Assembly: GCA_965233585.1 (NCBI GenBank)
Contig: CBDDTI010000155.1
Coordinates: 1 to 39,841, forward strand
Length of the DNA: 39,841 nucleotides
From: a bacterium
GTDB lineage: Bacteria; SAR324; NAC60-12
Direction of reading: 5' to 3'
Positions 10,853 to 21,784 of this stretch are shown piece by piece; the stretch's first letter is position 1, and each line of letters begins with the position of its first letter. The notes beneath the pieces are model-generated. The model was not told the DNA's origin. It saw only the letters and a list, made by a program, of their open reading frames with translations, and did not search any database. The translations under genes were made by a program, and so were the position numbers.

Positions 10853-11125
10853 TTATTCTGATGTATCTTCAGTGTCTCCATTATTATAACTTGCTCTCAA
10901 TCTGATACACTTGCTTGATTGCTGGTGTCTCTTGAACTTTTCTTTTGTGATGCTACACCCGCATAAAGGACATTCAACTTTGACACTCAAAAACTTCTTG
11001 TAGTATTCCCAGTGGTAATATCTGTTGTATTTTTTCAAGTCCGCTTTTTTATCAATATCCACCTGTATTAGAGGCTCAATGATTACATATCCGTTTTCAT
11101 CAATGTCTCTGTTTTTGACACTCAT
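10853..11125 (-). CDS. Small zinc-finger protein
   Basis: CPLCG..KFKRHQQSSKC, similar to the fingers at the C-termini of the GIY-YIG proteins. Confidence 0.65.
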   Translation of the reverse strand: MSVKNRDIDENGYVIIEPLIQVDIDKKADLKKYNRYYHWEYYKKFLSVKVECPLCGCSITKEKFKRHQQSSKCIRLRASYNNGDTEDTSE

Positions 11126-11298
11126 AACTATGATTTATATAAGAATATATCTTTAAGTAAATTAAGACAAATTATTGTGCTTTGAAAATCATTTTATGAT
11201 TTAAAAAAACCAATAACCTACGGTTATTGGCTTTTATACATATCCTTCAACTTCTGCCATAGGTGTAGTTTATAAACCTCCCTCATTTGTTTCAACAT

Positions 11299-12396
11299 TT
11301 ACTTCTTCTTACTATCATTACCTTTTGAAGCAAACCAAGTTTTATAAGCACTATCAAACTGTTCATACTGTTCTTTTGTAATCATATCCTTATTTTTAGC
11401 ATTTACAAATTCTTCTCTTAACCTCTGAACCCCTATCGTGGATGCTCCTATCGGTTTTTGTATTGTCTTTCTCTTGCCACTATCTTTAGGTTCATCTATT
11501 TCATCATCTGCTTCCGCTCCTCCTATTTCTAACTCTGTCTTTTTCTTGTTTCTCTTTTTTCTCATTTTAGGCTCTTCTTCTGGACTGCTTCCATCTCTTT
11601 TTTCAGCATTTATTCTTTCAGTTCCTGCTTTAAAACTTTTGGGTCTTCCCGCTTTGCCTCTTGGTTCTATTGTTGTTTCAGGATTAGCACCTCTTTTGTT
11701 TGTTGATGATGTATCCATAACTTCTACAACGGGTAGTGCTTGAGAACTGCTTGAAGATGCTGATGGCTTGGCTTTAGGTTTTGCCTTGGCTTGTGGCATC
11801 TCTTCATCAGTTGCCATACTATACATTTCAGGTTTTATGGGAGCAAAACTTCTTGGTGGGTTGATGTGGTGTATCTGTTCAGGTATTGTTGGTTTGTTCT
11901 GTTTGAAGACTTCACCCCTGTGGTTAATTGCTGTTTCTTCTCTTCTTTTCATTGTTGTGTTTGCTCTGTGTGTCAGTTCAGCATTCAATTGAGATGCTTG
12001 ATGTGTGTTTGATGATGGCACTGTTGGGGTTGTTTGTGTTGTTAGTTCTTCATCTACATTCATTGGTTGAGTTGGTTGTGCTATTGTTGATGATGTTGTG
12101 GGTAGTCGTTGCATTCTTTCAGTGTGATATGTTCTTCCTGCTGTTCTTACATTTTGTCTTAATAGTAGTTCTGACATTTGCCTCAATAATAATCTGCCTT
12201 GTTCTTCTTTCAATTGTTCCATAGCATTTGACCCATCAAAATAAGAGCCTTCCTGACTGTTTCTAAACATTGTTGCTGACCTATCAGGTAGTTTGCCTGT
12301 GATTTTTTCATTGCTCTCATCAATAACCCCTATTATTTCTTCATAAGTAGGGCGTCGCTTCAATTCATAAATACTGTATTTATCCACTTTTGCCAT
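11299..12396 (-). CDS. Hypothetical 365-aa viral protein, largely low-complexity/basic
   Basis: Long clean ORF in AT-rich DNA with upstream TCTA motif; N-terminal LKRRPTYEEI, K/R-rich C-half with RGKAGRPK. Confidence 0.75.
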   Translation of the reverse strand: MAKVDKYSIYELKRRPTYEEIIGVIDESNEKITGKLPDRSATMFRNSQEGSYFDGSNAMEQLKEEQGRLLLRQMSELLLRQNVRTAGRTYHTERMQRLPTTSSTIAQPTQPMNVDEELTTQTTPTVPSSNTHQASQLNAELTHRANTTMKRREETAINHRGEVFKQNKPTIPEQIHHINPPRSFAPIKPEMYSMATDEEMPQAKAKPKAKPSASSSSSQALPVVEVMDTSSTNKRGANPETTIEPRGKAGRPKSFKAGTERINAEKRDGSSPEEEPKMRKKRNKKKTELEIGGAEADDEIDEPKDSGKRKTIQKPIGASTIGVQRLREEFVNAKNKDMITKEQYEQFDSAYKTWFASKGNDSKKK

Positions 12397-12432
12397 TATA
12401 ATATAAAATATTTTAGATTAAAATATTTTATA

Positions 12433-12756
12433 TCAAGTAAAACTTAAATTTCTAAATTGATTTATTTGATGCTGTAAATGTTCTAATGAATTGTGCGCGA
12501 GGTTGTCCCTTTGTATTTCATTATTAATTCTGTCTATTTGATTTCTGTAATTTACCCTTTTATTTGCTTCAATTATATCATTCCTAAAAGATAATAGTTT
12601 GTCCATAGTTTCTCTTCTATCCAGTTGGTCTTTTAACCATTTAAGATAAGCACTGTCATAGTGTTTAAATATACCATAGTTATTTCCATTTGCTGGTTTG
12701 CTCATTTGTTTTCTGTAGTTCAGTGTTGTCTGTTTCTTCCTGTGTGCTTGAAACAT
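12433..12756 (-). CDS. Hypothetical small helical protein (true start possibly MSKP at 12705)
   Basis: ORF fills the gap between neighbouring genes in the same orientation. Confidence 0.5.
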   Translation of the reverse strand: MFQAHRKKQTTLNYRKQMSKPANGNNYGIFKHYDSAYLKWLKDQLDRRETMDKLLSFRNDIIEANKRVNYRNQIDRINNEIQRDNLAHNSLEHLQHQINQFRNLSFT

Positions 12757-13504
12757 TTTCTATATTAATATTATTTAGATAATCTTGATGGAATGTTGAT
12801 TTTAAATGTCTTGACCTTTGACATCTTTGATAATCCTTTCCGCAATCACATTTGATTGCTTCTTTATTCCTTGTTTGTATCTTTTCTCTATTTTCCTCTC
12901 TGTATGTTTTTACTTTTTCTAAAAACCTTTCTCTATTCTCTTGATAGTATTGTTTCTTTTCTTCATTGATTTTGTCTGTGTTTTTCTGGTGGTATTCTCT
13001 TTTCTTTTTCAATATATCTTCTTTGTTCTTCTCTCTGTATTCTTGCCGTTTTTTCTTGTATTCTTCTGTGTCCTTGTTGTCTTGATGCCATTTTTTACAT
13101 CTTTCATTAAACTTTTCTTTATTTTGTAAGTGGTATTATTTCTTTACTTCTCTGATGTATTCTTTATTATCCTCTCGCCATTCCTTTATTGTTCTTAACG
13201 GTATTTCCGTGTTTAACACAGGTTTTCTTTCTAAAATATAATGTCTTTCTCGTTTTCTTAACTCTTCAATGTCATTACAAGGGTATTTCTCAATTTCTTC
13301 AATGTAAAAATGCTCTACACCCAATTCAAGTATTTTCACACACAATTTTCTGTTCTTCTTATATGTATTAAGACTGTCTTTATGTTGTTGAAATCTTTTT
13401 TGTAATGGTTGGCAACTACTGCCTATGTAGATTTCATCATCTATAAAATGTCCAATGAAGTAGATTTTACCATTCTGAAACTTTTTATCACCTAAACTCA
13501 CCAT
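12680..13504 (-). pseudogene. GIY-YIG endonuclease with C-terminal zinc finger, disrupted
   Basis: GKIYFI..IYIGSS in 13136-13504; premature TAA at 13136-13138, then a frameshift near 13050 leading into the basic repeats and CDCG..RHLKSTFH of ORF 12680-13012. Confidence 0.8.
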
Positions 13505-13574
13505 TAATTACTATAAATAACTTTTGTTTAAGTATATTTTTTATAGTATATAGTTAATTTAAGGATTTGCTCAC

Positions 13575-15116
13575 CTAATCGAAAACAATAGTCCCACTTT
13601 CTGTCAATTCTACCACGCTCTCACTCACAAGCGACACAAAAATTTCTTGTATTTGCTCTTCTGTTGCTAAACTTCCTTCTGTTCCTTTGATTTTAAATGT
13701 AATCAATGACCCAGACTTTGTGTTTTGACCAGTAAAATTAACATCAGGCATCTTCTCCAGTGAAAAAGCCATCACAAATTTGTTCTCTCTGTATTGTTTA
13801 TAACTGATGTTTAATGAGTTTTGGTCAGCATTCAGAAAATGAAGTGTTCGGCGTAAAAAGTAGAAGGCTTCAGATAAACTACTCACTTCGAACTCAGGGT
13901 ATTTCTTACTCGCTATTTGAAGTTGGTAAGTAAGTGCTCTACTGCTGTCAGCAAAGCCTTTACCTGCTTGTGCTGGTATGTTTTCTGGGTCTCCTCCGTC
14001 ATTAATCTGCCCCCATATCATAGGATTATAAAAATAGTTCCACCTCTTATATACATAATTATCCACTAAATAGTTTGAGTAGATTTCCCCACCTCTCGGT
14101 GTGCGGTATAAAGTAATAAAAGCATTTGTTAATTTAGACGCTGACTTAACAATATTCATATTAATTTCACCACCGCCTGTGTTAAAAGTTTGAGTGATAG
14201 TGTGGTATTGAGGAACAATTAATTTTAATGATTGACCTTCCAATAAATGTTTTGTAATGTTATTATCAACTGTATTATCCAATGTGATTACATCAGCGCG
14301 GATAATAACATTGTTAATTTCCCAACTGGTTGATGTATTACCGTCTTGAAAGTAGTAGCCGTTTTTGTCAGTTTGTGTTGTTCCATTACCTTGAGGGACT
14401 ACAACTGGTTCAGTGCCATCGCTTACAATGGTAAATTCTAATTCCAAAGGAGCAAAACGAAGTGGGAGGTAATATGAACTTTCCATTAACCCACATACCG
14501 GCTTGTGGGAGAGGCGGACTTTTGAATTAGCGCCGGGTATGCCTGATAATGAATGTCTTGTATGTCTAAAATCAACTCTACCATACTCGTTGTGGTCGCC
14601 GTTTGGATAATAATTTGTTCCATCACCAGTGTCGTTAATTTGAAGGAAATTATCTAATCCATTAGCATACTTATGGTAGTCATCATCATAGGAAGGATTA
14701 GCGCTACTTTCAATGTCATCCATTTCATTAACATCCTTTGACTTAAATGATTTAAATAACTCACAGTGGCGGTTATATTCAACAATATCCTGAACCATTT
14801 GACCACCTACAGTAGCCCTGTATCTTTGAAAGAATGAATGAAGACCACCTAAAGGTCGTAAAAACTTTGCCCTTGTGCCGTCAGTATTTTGTAAGTAAGC
14901 AAATAGACGGACACTACTTAAATCTAAATATTGGTTTGCCTCACCGCTGATGTAAAAGCGTATATTCTTATTACCAGCATTCGGGGCATATACATTAGAC
15001 CCTGATGGAAAATAATTCACTTGTCTTCTATCAGTGATGTATTGACTTGTTTGGGGTAATCCAAAGTTAAGTTGGTTAATCATAACATCGGAACTTTCGC
15101 TAATAATATTATCCAT
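13575..15116 (-). CDS. Major capsid protein (double jelly-roll, Polinton-like virus type)
   Basis: 513 aa, beta-rich; IRFYI...YLDLSSVRL...SFFQR....GGQMVQDI.EYN and YLPL...LELEFTI patterns typical of PLV MCPs; context with ATPase and penton. Confidence 0.8.
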   Translation of the reverse strand: MDNIISESSDVMINQLNFGLPQTSQYITDRRQVNYFPSGSNVYAPNAGNKNIRFYISGEANQYLDLSSVRLFAYLQNTDGTRAKFLRPLGGLHSFFQRYRATVGGQMVQDIVEYNRHCELFKSFKSKDVNEMDDIESSANPSYDDDYHKYANGLDNFLQINDTGDGTNYYPNGDHNEYGRVDFRHTRHSLSGIPGANSKVRLSHKPVCGLMESSYYLPLRFAPLELEFTIVSDGTEPVVVPQGNGTTQTDKNGYYFQDGNTSTSWEINNVIIRADVITLDNTVDNNITKHLLEGQSLKLIVPQYHTITQTFNTGGGEINMNIVKSASKLTNAFITLYRTPRGGEIYSNYLVDNYVYKRWNYFYNPMIWGQINDGGDPENIPAQAGKGFADSSRALTYQLQIASKKYPEFEVSSLSEAFYFLRRTLHFLNADQNSLNISYKQYRENKFVMAFSLEKMPDVNFTGQNTKSGSLITFKIKGTEGSLATEEQIQEIFVSLVSESVVELTESGTIVFD

Positions 15117-15202
15117 AACTTATATATTTAAATTTAGATATTTTATATTCTATATCATTTTTTCTTTTGATGAGGAAAATAAAAACTAATTTTCATTAAT
15201 TT

Positions 15203-15418
15203 TTATTTCTTCTTGTGTGCTATTAACTTAACATTTTTGGATTGAATATTATTGCTTATTTTTTCTATATTATTTCCATTATTTTCTACTAAACTTTTTA
15301 TAGCATTATAATCACTGGGTGGTTTATTCATCTCCTTCTCCAATTTATTATAGGTTGATTGTCCTTTTGTTAGAAGTATTGGTTTTTGTTGATGTTTACA
15401 ATCTATCTTATGAAACAT
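15203..15418 (-). CDS. Hypothetical small basic protein
   Basis: 71-aa ORF between lipase and MCP on the same strand. Confidence 0.4.
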   Translation of the reverse strand: MFHKIDCKHQQKPILLTKGQSTYNKLEKEMNKPPSDYNAIKSLVENNGNNIEKISNNIQSKNVKLIAHKKK

Positions 15419-15437
15419 TATTAATATAGTTTATATT

Positions 15438-16181
15438 TTAATACTTAGTTGAATTTGGTGATATTCCATTATCTATCTTTGTTGTAGGACTGATGGAAAA
15501 CCTGCCAAAGTCAAAGTTTTCATATCCGTGTGCTTTTATGGGGTCTGGTTCATTTAAATTGCTTGTGATTGCGTATCCATCTAAAATTGACACAGGGTCA
15601 TTAGGATTGCGGTAATCCCTATGTTTAGGGTCTTGCCTCCCCCTCCTCTTTGGTTTTATTGCCGGTGTGGCATAAGTAGTTGTTTGAAATCTATTTGGGA
15701 AGTTTTCATTAAGTGTATTTGCTACAGCACTACCGAGGCTGTGGCTCACCAGTCTTGTTATTTGAGGGTTATTTTTCAAATAATTCATCACATCTTTATA
15801 CTTTTCAGTTTGTTCAGCATTCCTTGTTGGTAGATGTATCAAGTCATCTAAAATGTCTCTGGTGATGCTTCCATCTTTTCCAGTAGTGCCACTGATGTAT
15901 AATGTCTTACCAGTAGAATATAGACCTGACGGTGAAGCATAGGCATTTTTAAGACCTTGCCTGTCTTCTAATATTTCTTTGTTTCCTACATTCCTTTCTT
16001 CAGCGTATAGTGTTCTGTTGTTTTGTTTCAGGTTGTTTGTTATTTTTTCTGAAAACTCATTCATTCTTATGTTGCTTTCATTGTTCAGCAGTTCTTCCAC
16101 ATTACCATCTATGTTTTTGATTAAAGTATCAAATTTTCTTCTTCCAATTACTCTGGCTACATTACCAAGAGTTCCTATCAT
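15438..16181 (-). CDS. Lipase-like alpha/beta hydrolase (class 3-like)
   Basis: LYISGT oxyanion segment, nucleophile elbow VSHSLGS, DPV acid, C-terminal His (KAHG). Confidence 0.8.
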   Translation of the reverse strand: MIGTLGNVARVIGRRKFDTLIKNIDGNVEELLNNESNIRMNEFSEKITNNLKQNNRTLYAEERNVGNKEILEDRQGLKNAYASPSGLYSTGKTLYISGTTGKDGSITRDILDDLIHLPTRNAEQTEKYKDVMNYLKNNPQITRLVSHSLGSAVANTLNENFPNRFQTTTYATPAIKPKRRGRQDPKHRDYRNPNDPVSILDGYAITSNLNEPDPIKAHGYENFDFGRFSISPTTKIDNGISPNSTKY

Positions 16182-16225
16182 TATATTATTATTGATAAAT
16201 TAAAATCTAAATTAAGAATATAATA

Positions 16226-17092
16226 ATGATGAGCAATAAATTGACTTACAAAAAGGTGTATGTGAATTCAAAATTTAGACTGCCACAGTCAAGGTCATCA
16301 TCTGACTTTGTTGTGGAATTACAGGAAAATATGGAACTGCCACAAGGTAGTAAAATGTGGATTACAGAAGTGTCTTTGCCAACTTCATTTAAGACAACTG
16401 AAGTAAATTTCTATGAGTATCTTTATGTGATGATTTATGATAATAAAGACATTTTTGTAAAGAATTTCAGGATTTATTTAGGCAATAAAATATATTTCAG
16501 TGAGCAACTTTGTTTTGATATTAATGAAGGCTTAAACAGTAATACTGGTGATTTATCTGCTGGTGGCATATTTGTGTATGCTTATGATGCTACAACAAGA
16601 ACTGTTCAATTCAATATCAAAGATGGATTGAATTACAAAATCAAAATACCAAATGATGAAGAATTAGCAAACTATGTGAATGGTCAGTGGGACAGTGTTT
16701 CCGTGCCTTATGATAATAGAAATCCTGTGTCAATAAATTATGTGTTAAGTAATTATGTTGCTACATCTCCATTGTCGGTCTGGACTTCATCATATTTAAA
16801 TTTAGTTCCATTTAGAGCAGTATATATAAATTCACCTGAACTTACAGATAATCACTATTCAGCACCTAATTCATATTCTTCATCCATCATACGCAAAATA
16901 CTGATTGACCAGCAACTTGGAGGAGTAGTGAATGATGCCCACGGAGGTGTATTTGCTGATGATTTTATAGATGTAGGTGGCAAGAATTTGAGGAGATTAA
17001 GTTTTAGAATTACAAATGAAGAGAGTAAGACAATGAATTTCTATGATATTCCTATTGAATTTTCTTTGCTTTTTTCCAGTCCAACTTATTAG
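16226..17092 (+). CDS. Minor capsid (penton) protein
   Basis: N-terminal VYVNSKFR...SSSDFVVEL...ITEVSLP and C-terminal LSFRIT......F....IEFSLLF, the pattern of virophage/PLV single jelly-roll pentons. Confidence 0.72.
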   Translation: MMSNKLTYKKVYVNSKFRLPQSRSSSDFVVELQENMELPQGSKMWITEVSLPTSFKTTEVNFYEYLYVMIYDNKDIFVKNFRIYLGNKIYFSEQLCFDINEGLNSNTGDLSAGGIFVYAYDATTRTVQFNIKDGLNYKIKIPNDEELANYVNGQWDSVSVPYDNRNPVSINYVLSNYVATSPLSVWTSSYLNLVPFRAVYINSPELTDNHYSAPNSYSSSIIRKILIDQQLGGVVNDAHGGVFADDFIDVGGKNLRRLSFRITNEESKTMNFYDIPIEFSLLFSSPTY

Positions 17093-17152
17093 CCATAAAA
17101 AACATAAATAAACATAAATATACATAAAGAAACACTACCTATATATGTTAGG

Positions 17153-17698
17153 ATGCCTGATTATAGCAAAGGTCAAATTTACAAAATAACTGATGTTGGA
17201 CAAACTAAATGTTATATAGGAAGCACTATTCAACAATTGTGTTATAGAATGGCAAGTCATAGGGCAAACTACAAAAACTATTTAGATGGTAAATATACTT
17301 TTGTTTCAGTATTCAGTCTATTTGAAGAGGTTGGAGTTGAAAATTGTAAAATGGTGTGGGTAAAAGATTTCCCCTGTAATAATAAAAAAGAACTTGAAGC
17401 AGAAGAAGGAAGAATACAAAAAGAAACTGATTGTGTAAATAAGAAAATTGCTGGTAGAACTCGGGCTCAATTATTTCAAGAGCACCCAGAAAAAAAAGCT
17501 ATGTTCGCAAAGAAATATCGTCAAAACAATCCAGAAAAAATCAGAGAAGACAGCAAAAAAAAAAGAGAAAAGAAAGGTAAGGTAAAACATCTATGTGTGT
17601 GTGGTTCTACTTATACATACTTTCATAAGACAAGACACGAAAAATCAAATAAGCATAAACAATACTTACAAAATCAAAGCAATCCCCAAGAGCAATAA
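17153..17698 (+). CDS. GIY-YIG endonuclease with C-terminal zinc finger
   Basis: GQIYKITD..CYIGST..L.YRMASH; C-terminal CVCG..RHEKSNKH. Confidence 0.87.
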   Translation: MPDYSKGQIYKITDVGQTKCYIGSTIQQLCYRMASHRANYKNYLDGKYTFVSVFSLFEEVGVENCKMVWVKDFPCNNKKELEAEEGRIQKETDCVNKKIAGRTRAQLFQEHPEKKAMFAKKYRQNNPEKIREDSKKKREKKGKVKHLCVCGSTYTYFHKTRHEKSNKHKQYLQNQSNPQEQ

Positions 17699-17780
17699 TA
17701 AAAACTAAACCAACATTCTATATATTTTTCTTCAAACTAAATATATAGAATTTTGGAAGAAAAAAATAGAACATTATATA

Positions 17781-18369
17781 ATGAGTATCAAAGTAGTAGA
17801 TTTACAAAATGAAGCAGTAAAAGAAGAAGCGCCAACACTTGAACCAATTGAAGAAGCAAAAGAAGAAGAACAACCTGAACTGGTTAATGAAGTAGATGAA
17901 GAACCAATTGAACAACCAAAAGAAGAAGTAAAAGAACAACTGAAAGAAGAAGTAAAAGAAGAAACAAAACCAAAAAGACAAACACAGAAGGATAGAATAC
18001 AGTGTCCTAAATGTCTCAAAGAAGTCTCATTGAAGACATACAGGTATTCACACGAAAAAAACTGCGGTGGCCAACTATCAGAAAAACCAGTCAGTCAAAC
18101 CACACGCAAAACCCAAAGCAAAACAAACAGCAAAACCAAAACCTAAACCACCTCCTGAAATATATTACAGCGATGAAGAAGAAGAAGAAGAACAACCAAC
18201 CCAACCTTTAATAAAGAAAAAGCAACCAGTTCCAGTTCAACCCATCAACCCAGTTGATGCTATGGCTCAACACTATTTGGTATTACAACAACAATTCATA
18301 AAACAAAAGCAAGAAAAATACAACAATTTATGTATGAATATGTTTTCTTCAAAAACTAAAAAAAGATAA
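17781..18369 (+). pseudogene. Acidic/Pro-rich protein with zinc finger, frameshifted
   Basis: E-rich N-terminus and CPKC..SHEKNC. A 4-bp duplication (CCAGTCAGTCAAA, ~18087-18099) splits EKPV|KPHAKPK between ORFs 17781-18146 and 18067-18369. Confidence 0.65.
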
Positions 18370-18402
18370 ATATAAAATAATATCTCAATTATTTTATATT
18401 TA

Positions 18403-21089
18403 ATGGTTCAATTGGACGGTGGCAATACTATCATAGGAACAGAATTTATCAAACTTTTAGCAACGGGTTCATCAACTTTAGCAACAGAGCAGTATGTAAA
18501 TACAGCAGTTGCTAATGGTGGAGTTGGTGGAGGAACAGGCACGACTGATTTAACAAATTACTATAATAAAGCTGAGACAGATGCTTTATTAAATAATAAA
18601 TATAATAAAACTGAGGCTGACACATTGTTAGATACAAAACTGAATGTAAATAATCCTCAAAATATGGAAGGAACATTGAATATAGGAAGTGTAGGTGGAA
18701 CATCAAAGATTATTATAAATGCTGTTTCATCTTCAAAAGATTTTTATGTTAATGGCGATGCACAAGTATTAGGTAATCATTTAGTAGCATCTTTGGACAG
18801 TAGCGGTTATATCAAAGGTTCAAATATTCAGTCAAATACATTCGATGCCCTCAATACAAATGATATACTTTTTCAAAGCAACAACGATACTTACATACAA
18901 TATGATGTTTCTGAAACTAAAATCGTAGCAAGTAAATTAATACAATGCGGTGGCAATCTTAAAACCCAAGAGATAGACACCATAGCACCGTTAGATTTAA
19001 TCATAAAAAGAAACAATGTCAGTATGATTGAACTTCAAGATAATCTGACGGTATTGAATACTAAAACTCAATGCGAAAATTTTATTGTATGTGATAATTT
19101 TGAAAGCAAAAATTCATCAACAATCATAAACCATATTATGAATGAAAGCACAGGAGAAATGAAATTCTATGTAGGCAGTCCGATAGTCCCCGATACAACA
19201 ACCAATTTAATTATGACATTGAAAAACGGGATTGTTGAATTTAACAAACCTACCAATTTAGATTTATCAGGGGATACATCAAACTGCTTAAAACTGACAG
19301 GAGAAACCGACCAACAAGTAGCAGGAACTGTTGCTGTTAATGGTGCCAAAAACGGAAGTAATATATTAACTGTTAATGGGGCTTCATACTTTTCAAATAA
19401 CATAGAATGTGTTAATAACATATTATGTGATTATATTGAAAGTAAGAACGCATCAACAATAATGAATTATGTAATGAATGAGAGCACTGGAGAAATTAAA
19501 TTTTATGTTGGAAGCCCCACAGTGCCGGATGCTACAACTAATTTAGTTATGACTTTACAGAATAATCTAATTACATTTCATAAACCCACAAGTCCAGATA
19601 TTGGAGGTGGAGGGGTAGATGATACTAATTTAGTAAAATATACCGGTCAGGCAGTTCAGACAATAGAAGGCGATTTGGTCATAGGTGGTGGTTCTCAATT
19701 TTCTACTTATGACTTAACGGTTAATGGTGTTTCTTATTTTAATGCAACCATAGAATTTCCATTAGGAGGTGCGATTAATTTAGGAACTGGTAAAGGTTAT
19801 ATTCGTTCTATCAATATAGGAAGTGGCACTGCCGCGTATGATTATTGTATTTTTGGTTCTGCTGGATTACATCGGTTTTATGTTGGAGGAAGTCCATTTC
19901 CTCAACACTTAAAGTATCAATTATCATCACTCAGGCGTATTTTAATGTTGATGTCGTGTGTCATACTGAATTACAAACTGATGTCATCAATACAAAAAAT
20001 GCTACTGATGTTGATTTAGTCTTTAAAAGAGGTGATGTTGAATATATGAAGTTTGAAGGAACACTACAAGCAGTGGAACTAACAAAAGGTGCTAAATCAA
20101 ACACTTATGATAGTATCGGTAATGCTGATGTCAGTTTTAGAAGGAACACCATAGATTTTATGTATCTTAGAAATGGTAATGTAGAGGTGAATACAGGTAT
20201 ATCATTAGTTGCTGAGACTGCTAAGTTTGATGTAATTGATAGTGCCACTCCTACCAATGTAGTATTTAAAAGAGGCGGTGTTAATTTCTTTACATTAGAC
20301 GGCACTAAAAATATTATTGATGTATCAACTGGTCGGGCGTTGTCGTCTCAATATATTTATGGAGACTATTTTATCCATAGAAATGTTGGTGCTGATATGG
20401 TTTTTCAAGGCAGTAATACAACAGATGACGGTTCAGTAGAATATATGAGATACAGAAAAGCAGATGAAGATGTTATTTTTTCAAAAGATATATATGTCAA
20501 TCAAGACAAAAGGGCATATTTTCACAAAGAAACTGGTAAGAATAGTTATATATTTAATGAAAATACAGCAGGTGTTAATCATTTCAAGTTAATCAATGAA
20601 GACCCTAACGGGGACATAAGATTGTATGCTAATGGTGGTATAAGACTTGTTGTTACTCCATCAAAAGTTTCTGTTCCAGCACCTTATACATTAGAAGGCG
20701 ATGTGGTTGATACTTCCGATTTTACTAAAAAATACGACATCAAAAGTATTGAACATAACTTTACTGACATTGTTAAACAAATTGAACCTAAAACTTTCAA
20801 AATGGAAGATGAAAAAGAAATTGGAATAACTAAAAACCATCTTGGATTTATTGCCGATGAGATTATGGAAGCAATACCGCCCGAATGGGAGAATATTGTT
20901 AGGGTTGATGATGAAGGTATTAAGAAGTTAAGTTATATAAAATTGTCAGGTATATTATGGGGAGTATGTAGAGAGCAACAAACAAAGATAGAACATTTAG
21001 AAACTCGTTTGTTTGAAGTTGAAAATTTCATTAAAGATTTTGTAAAACCTAAACCTAAAACAAGGACAAGAACAAAAACAACAGAATAG
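18403..21089 (+). pseudogene. Fibre/spike-like protein with C-terminal peptidase S74-type intramolecular chaperone; one frameshift near 19900-19930
   Basis: YNKxExDxLL repeats, G/N/T-rich beta repeats, internal duplication; C-terminal SD...K.DI...K.IEPKTF...GFIADE...LSY..L...L......Q coiled coil. Confidence 0.78.
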
Positions 21090-21117
21090 ATACATAATAT
21101 TAAACAAATTAATATTA

Positions 21118-21723
21118 TCAATCTTGTTCCAAACTTTTTATGTAGTTCTGGTGTTTCAGTGTTTTCAAATGTCTTGTATTATGTGTATATGTATATGTTG
21201 CTCCGCAATCACATATATGACTTGCTTTTCTTCTAGCATCAACAACTTCTTGGTTTTTCTCGTTGTATTCCTTCTGTATTTGTAAGTAATGCGCTTTGTT
21301 ATTGTAATAGTTCTCACTGCTTTTTTTGTTGTATTTTTCTTTGTTCTTTTGGTGATGCTGTGCCTTGTATGTTTTTAAATGTTCTTTATTTGCTTCTATC
21401 CATTCTGGTTTCTTTCTACCTGCTACAAGTTTATTTACACAGTCAGTGTTTTGAATGTAATATCCCTCTCTTCTATGTAGTTCATCTTTGGTTTCGCAAG
21501 GGTAATTTTCTATCAATTCAATTTTACAGTTTTCAAGTCCAAATTCTTCAAACAAAACGCCGCTGCTTACTAACTTATTCAAACCTTTACTAAAACTCTT
21601 ATAGGCACTCCTGTGTCCTGACATTCTATTACTTAATGTTTCAATGGTGCTTCCAATATAGCATTTGGTATAACCAATATCTACTATCTTATAAATTTTG
21701 CCTCTTTGATACTTGTTCTCCAT
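21118..21723 (-). CDS. GIY-YIG endonuclease with C-terminal zinc finger
   Basis: GKIYKIVD..CYIGST..LSNRMSGH; C-terminal CDCG..RHLKTLKH. Confidence 0.87.
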   Translation of the reverse strand: MENKYQRGKIYKIVDIGYTKCYIGSTIETLSNRMSGHRSAYKSFSKGLNKLVSSGVLFEEFGLENCKIELIENYPCETKDELHRREGYYIQNTDCVNKLVAGRKKPEWIEANKEHLKTYKAQHHQKNKEKYNKKSSENYYNNKAHYLQIQKEYNEKNQEVVDARRKASHICDCGATYTYTHNTRHLKTLKHQNYIKSLEQD

Positions 21724-21784
21724 ATCAGGATATATCAGTTTATATCAGTATTTCTTTAAACATATATTTTCTAAAATAATATAT

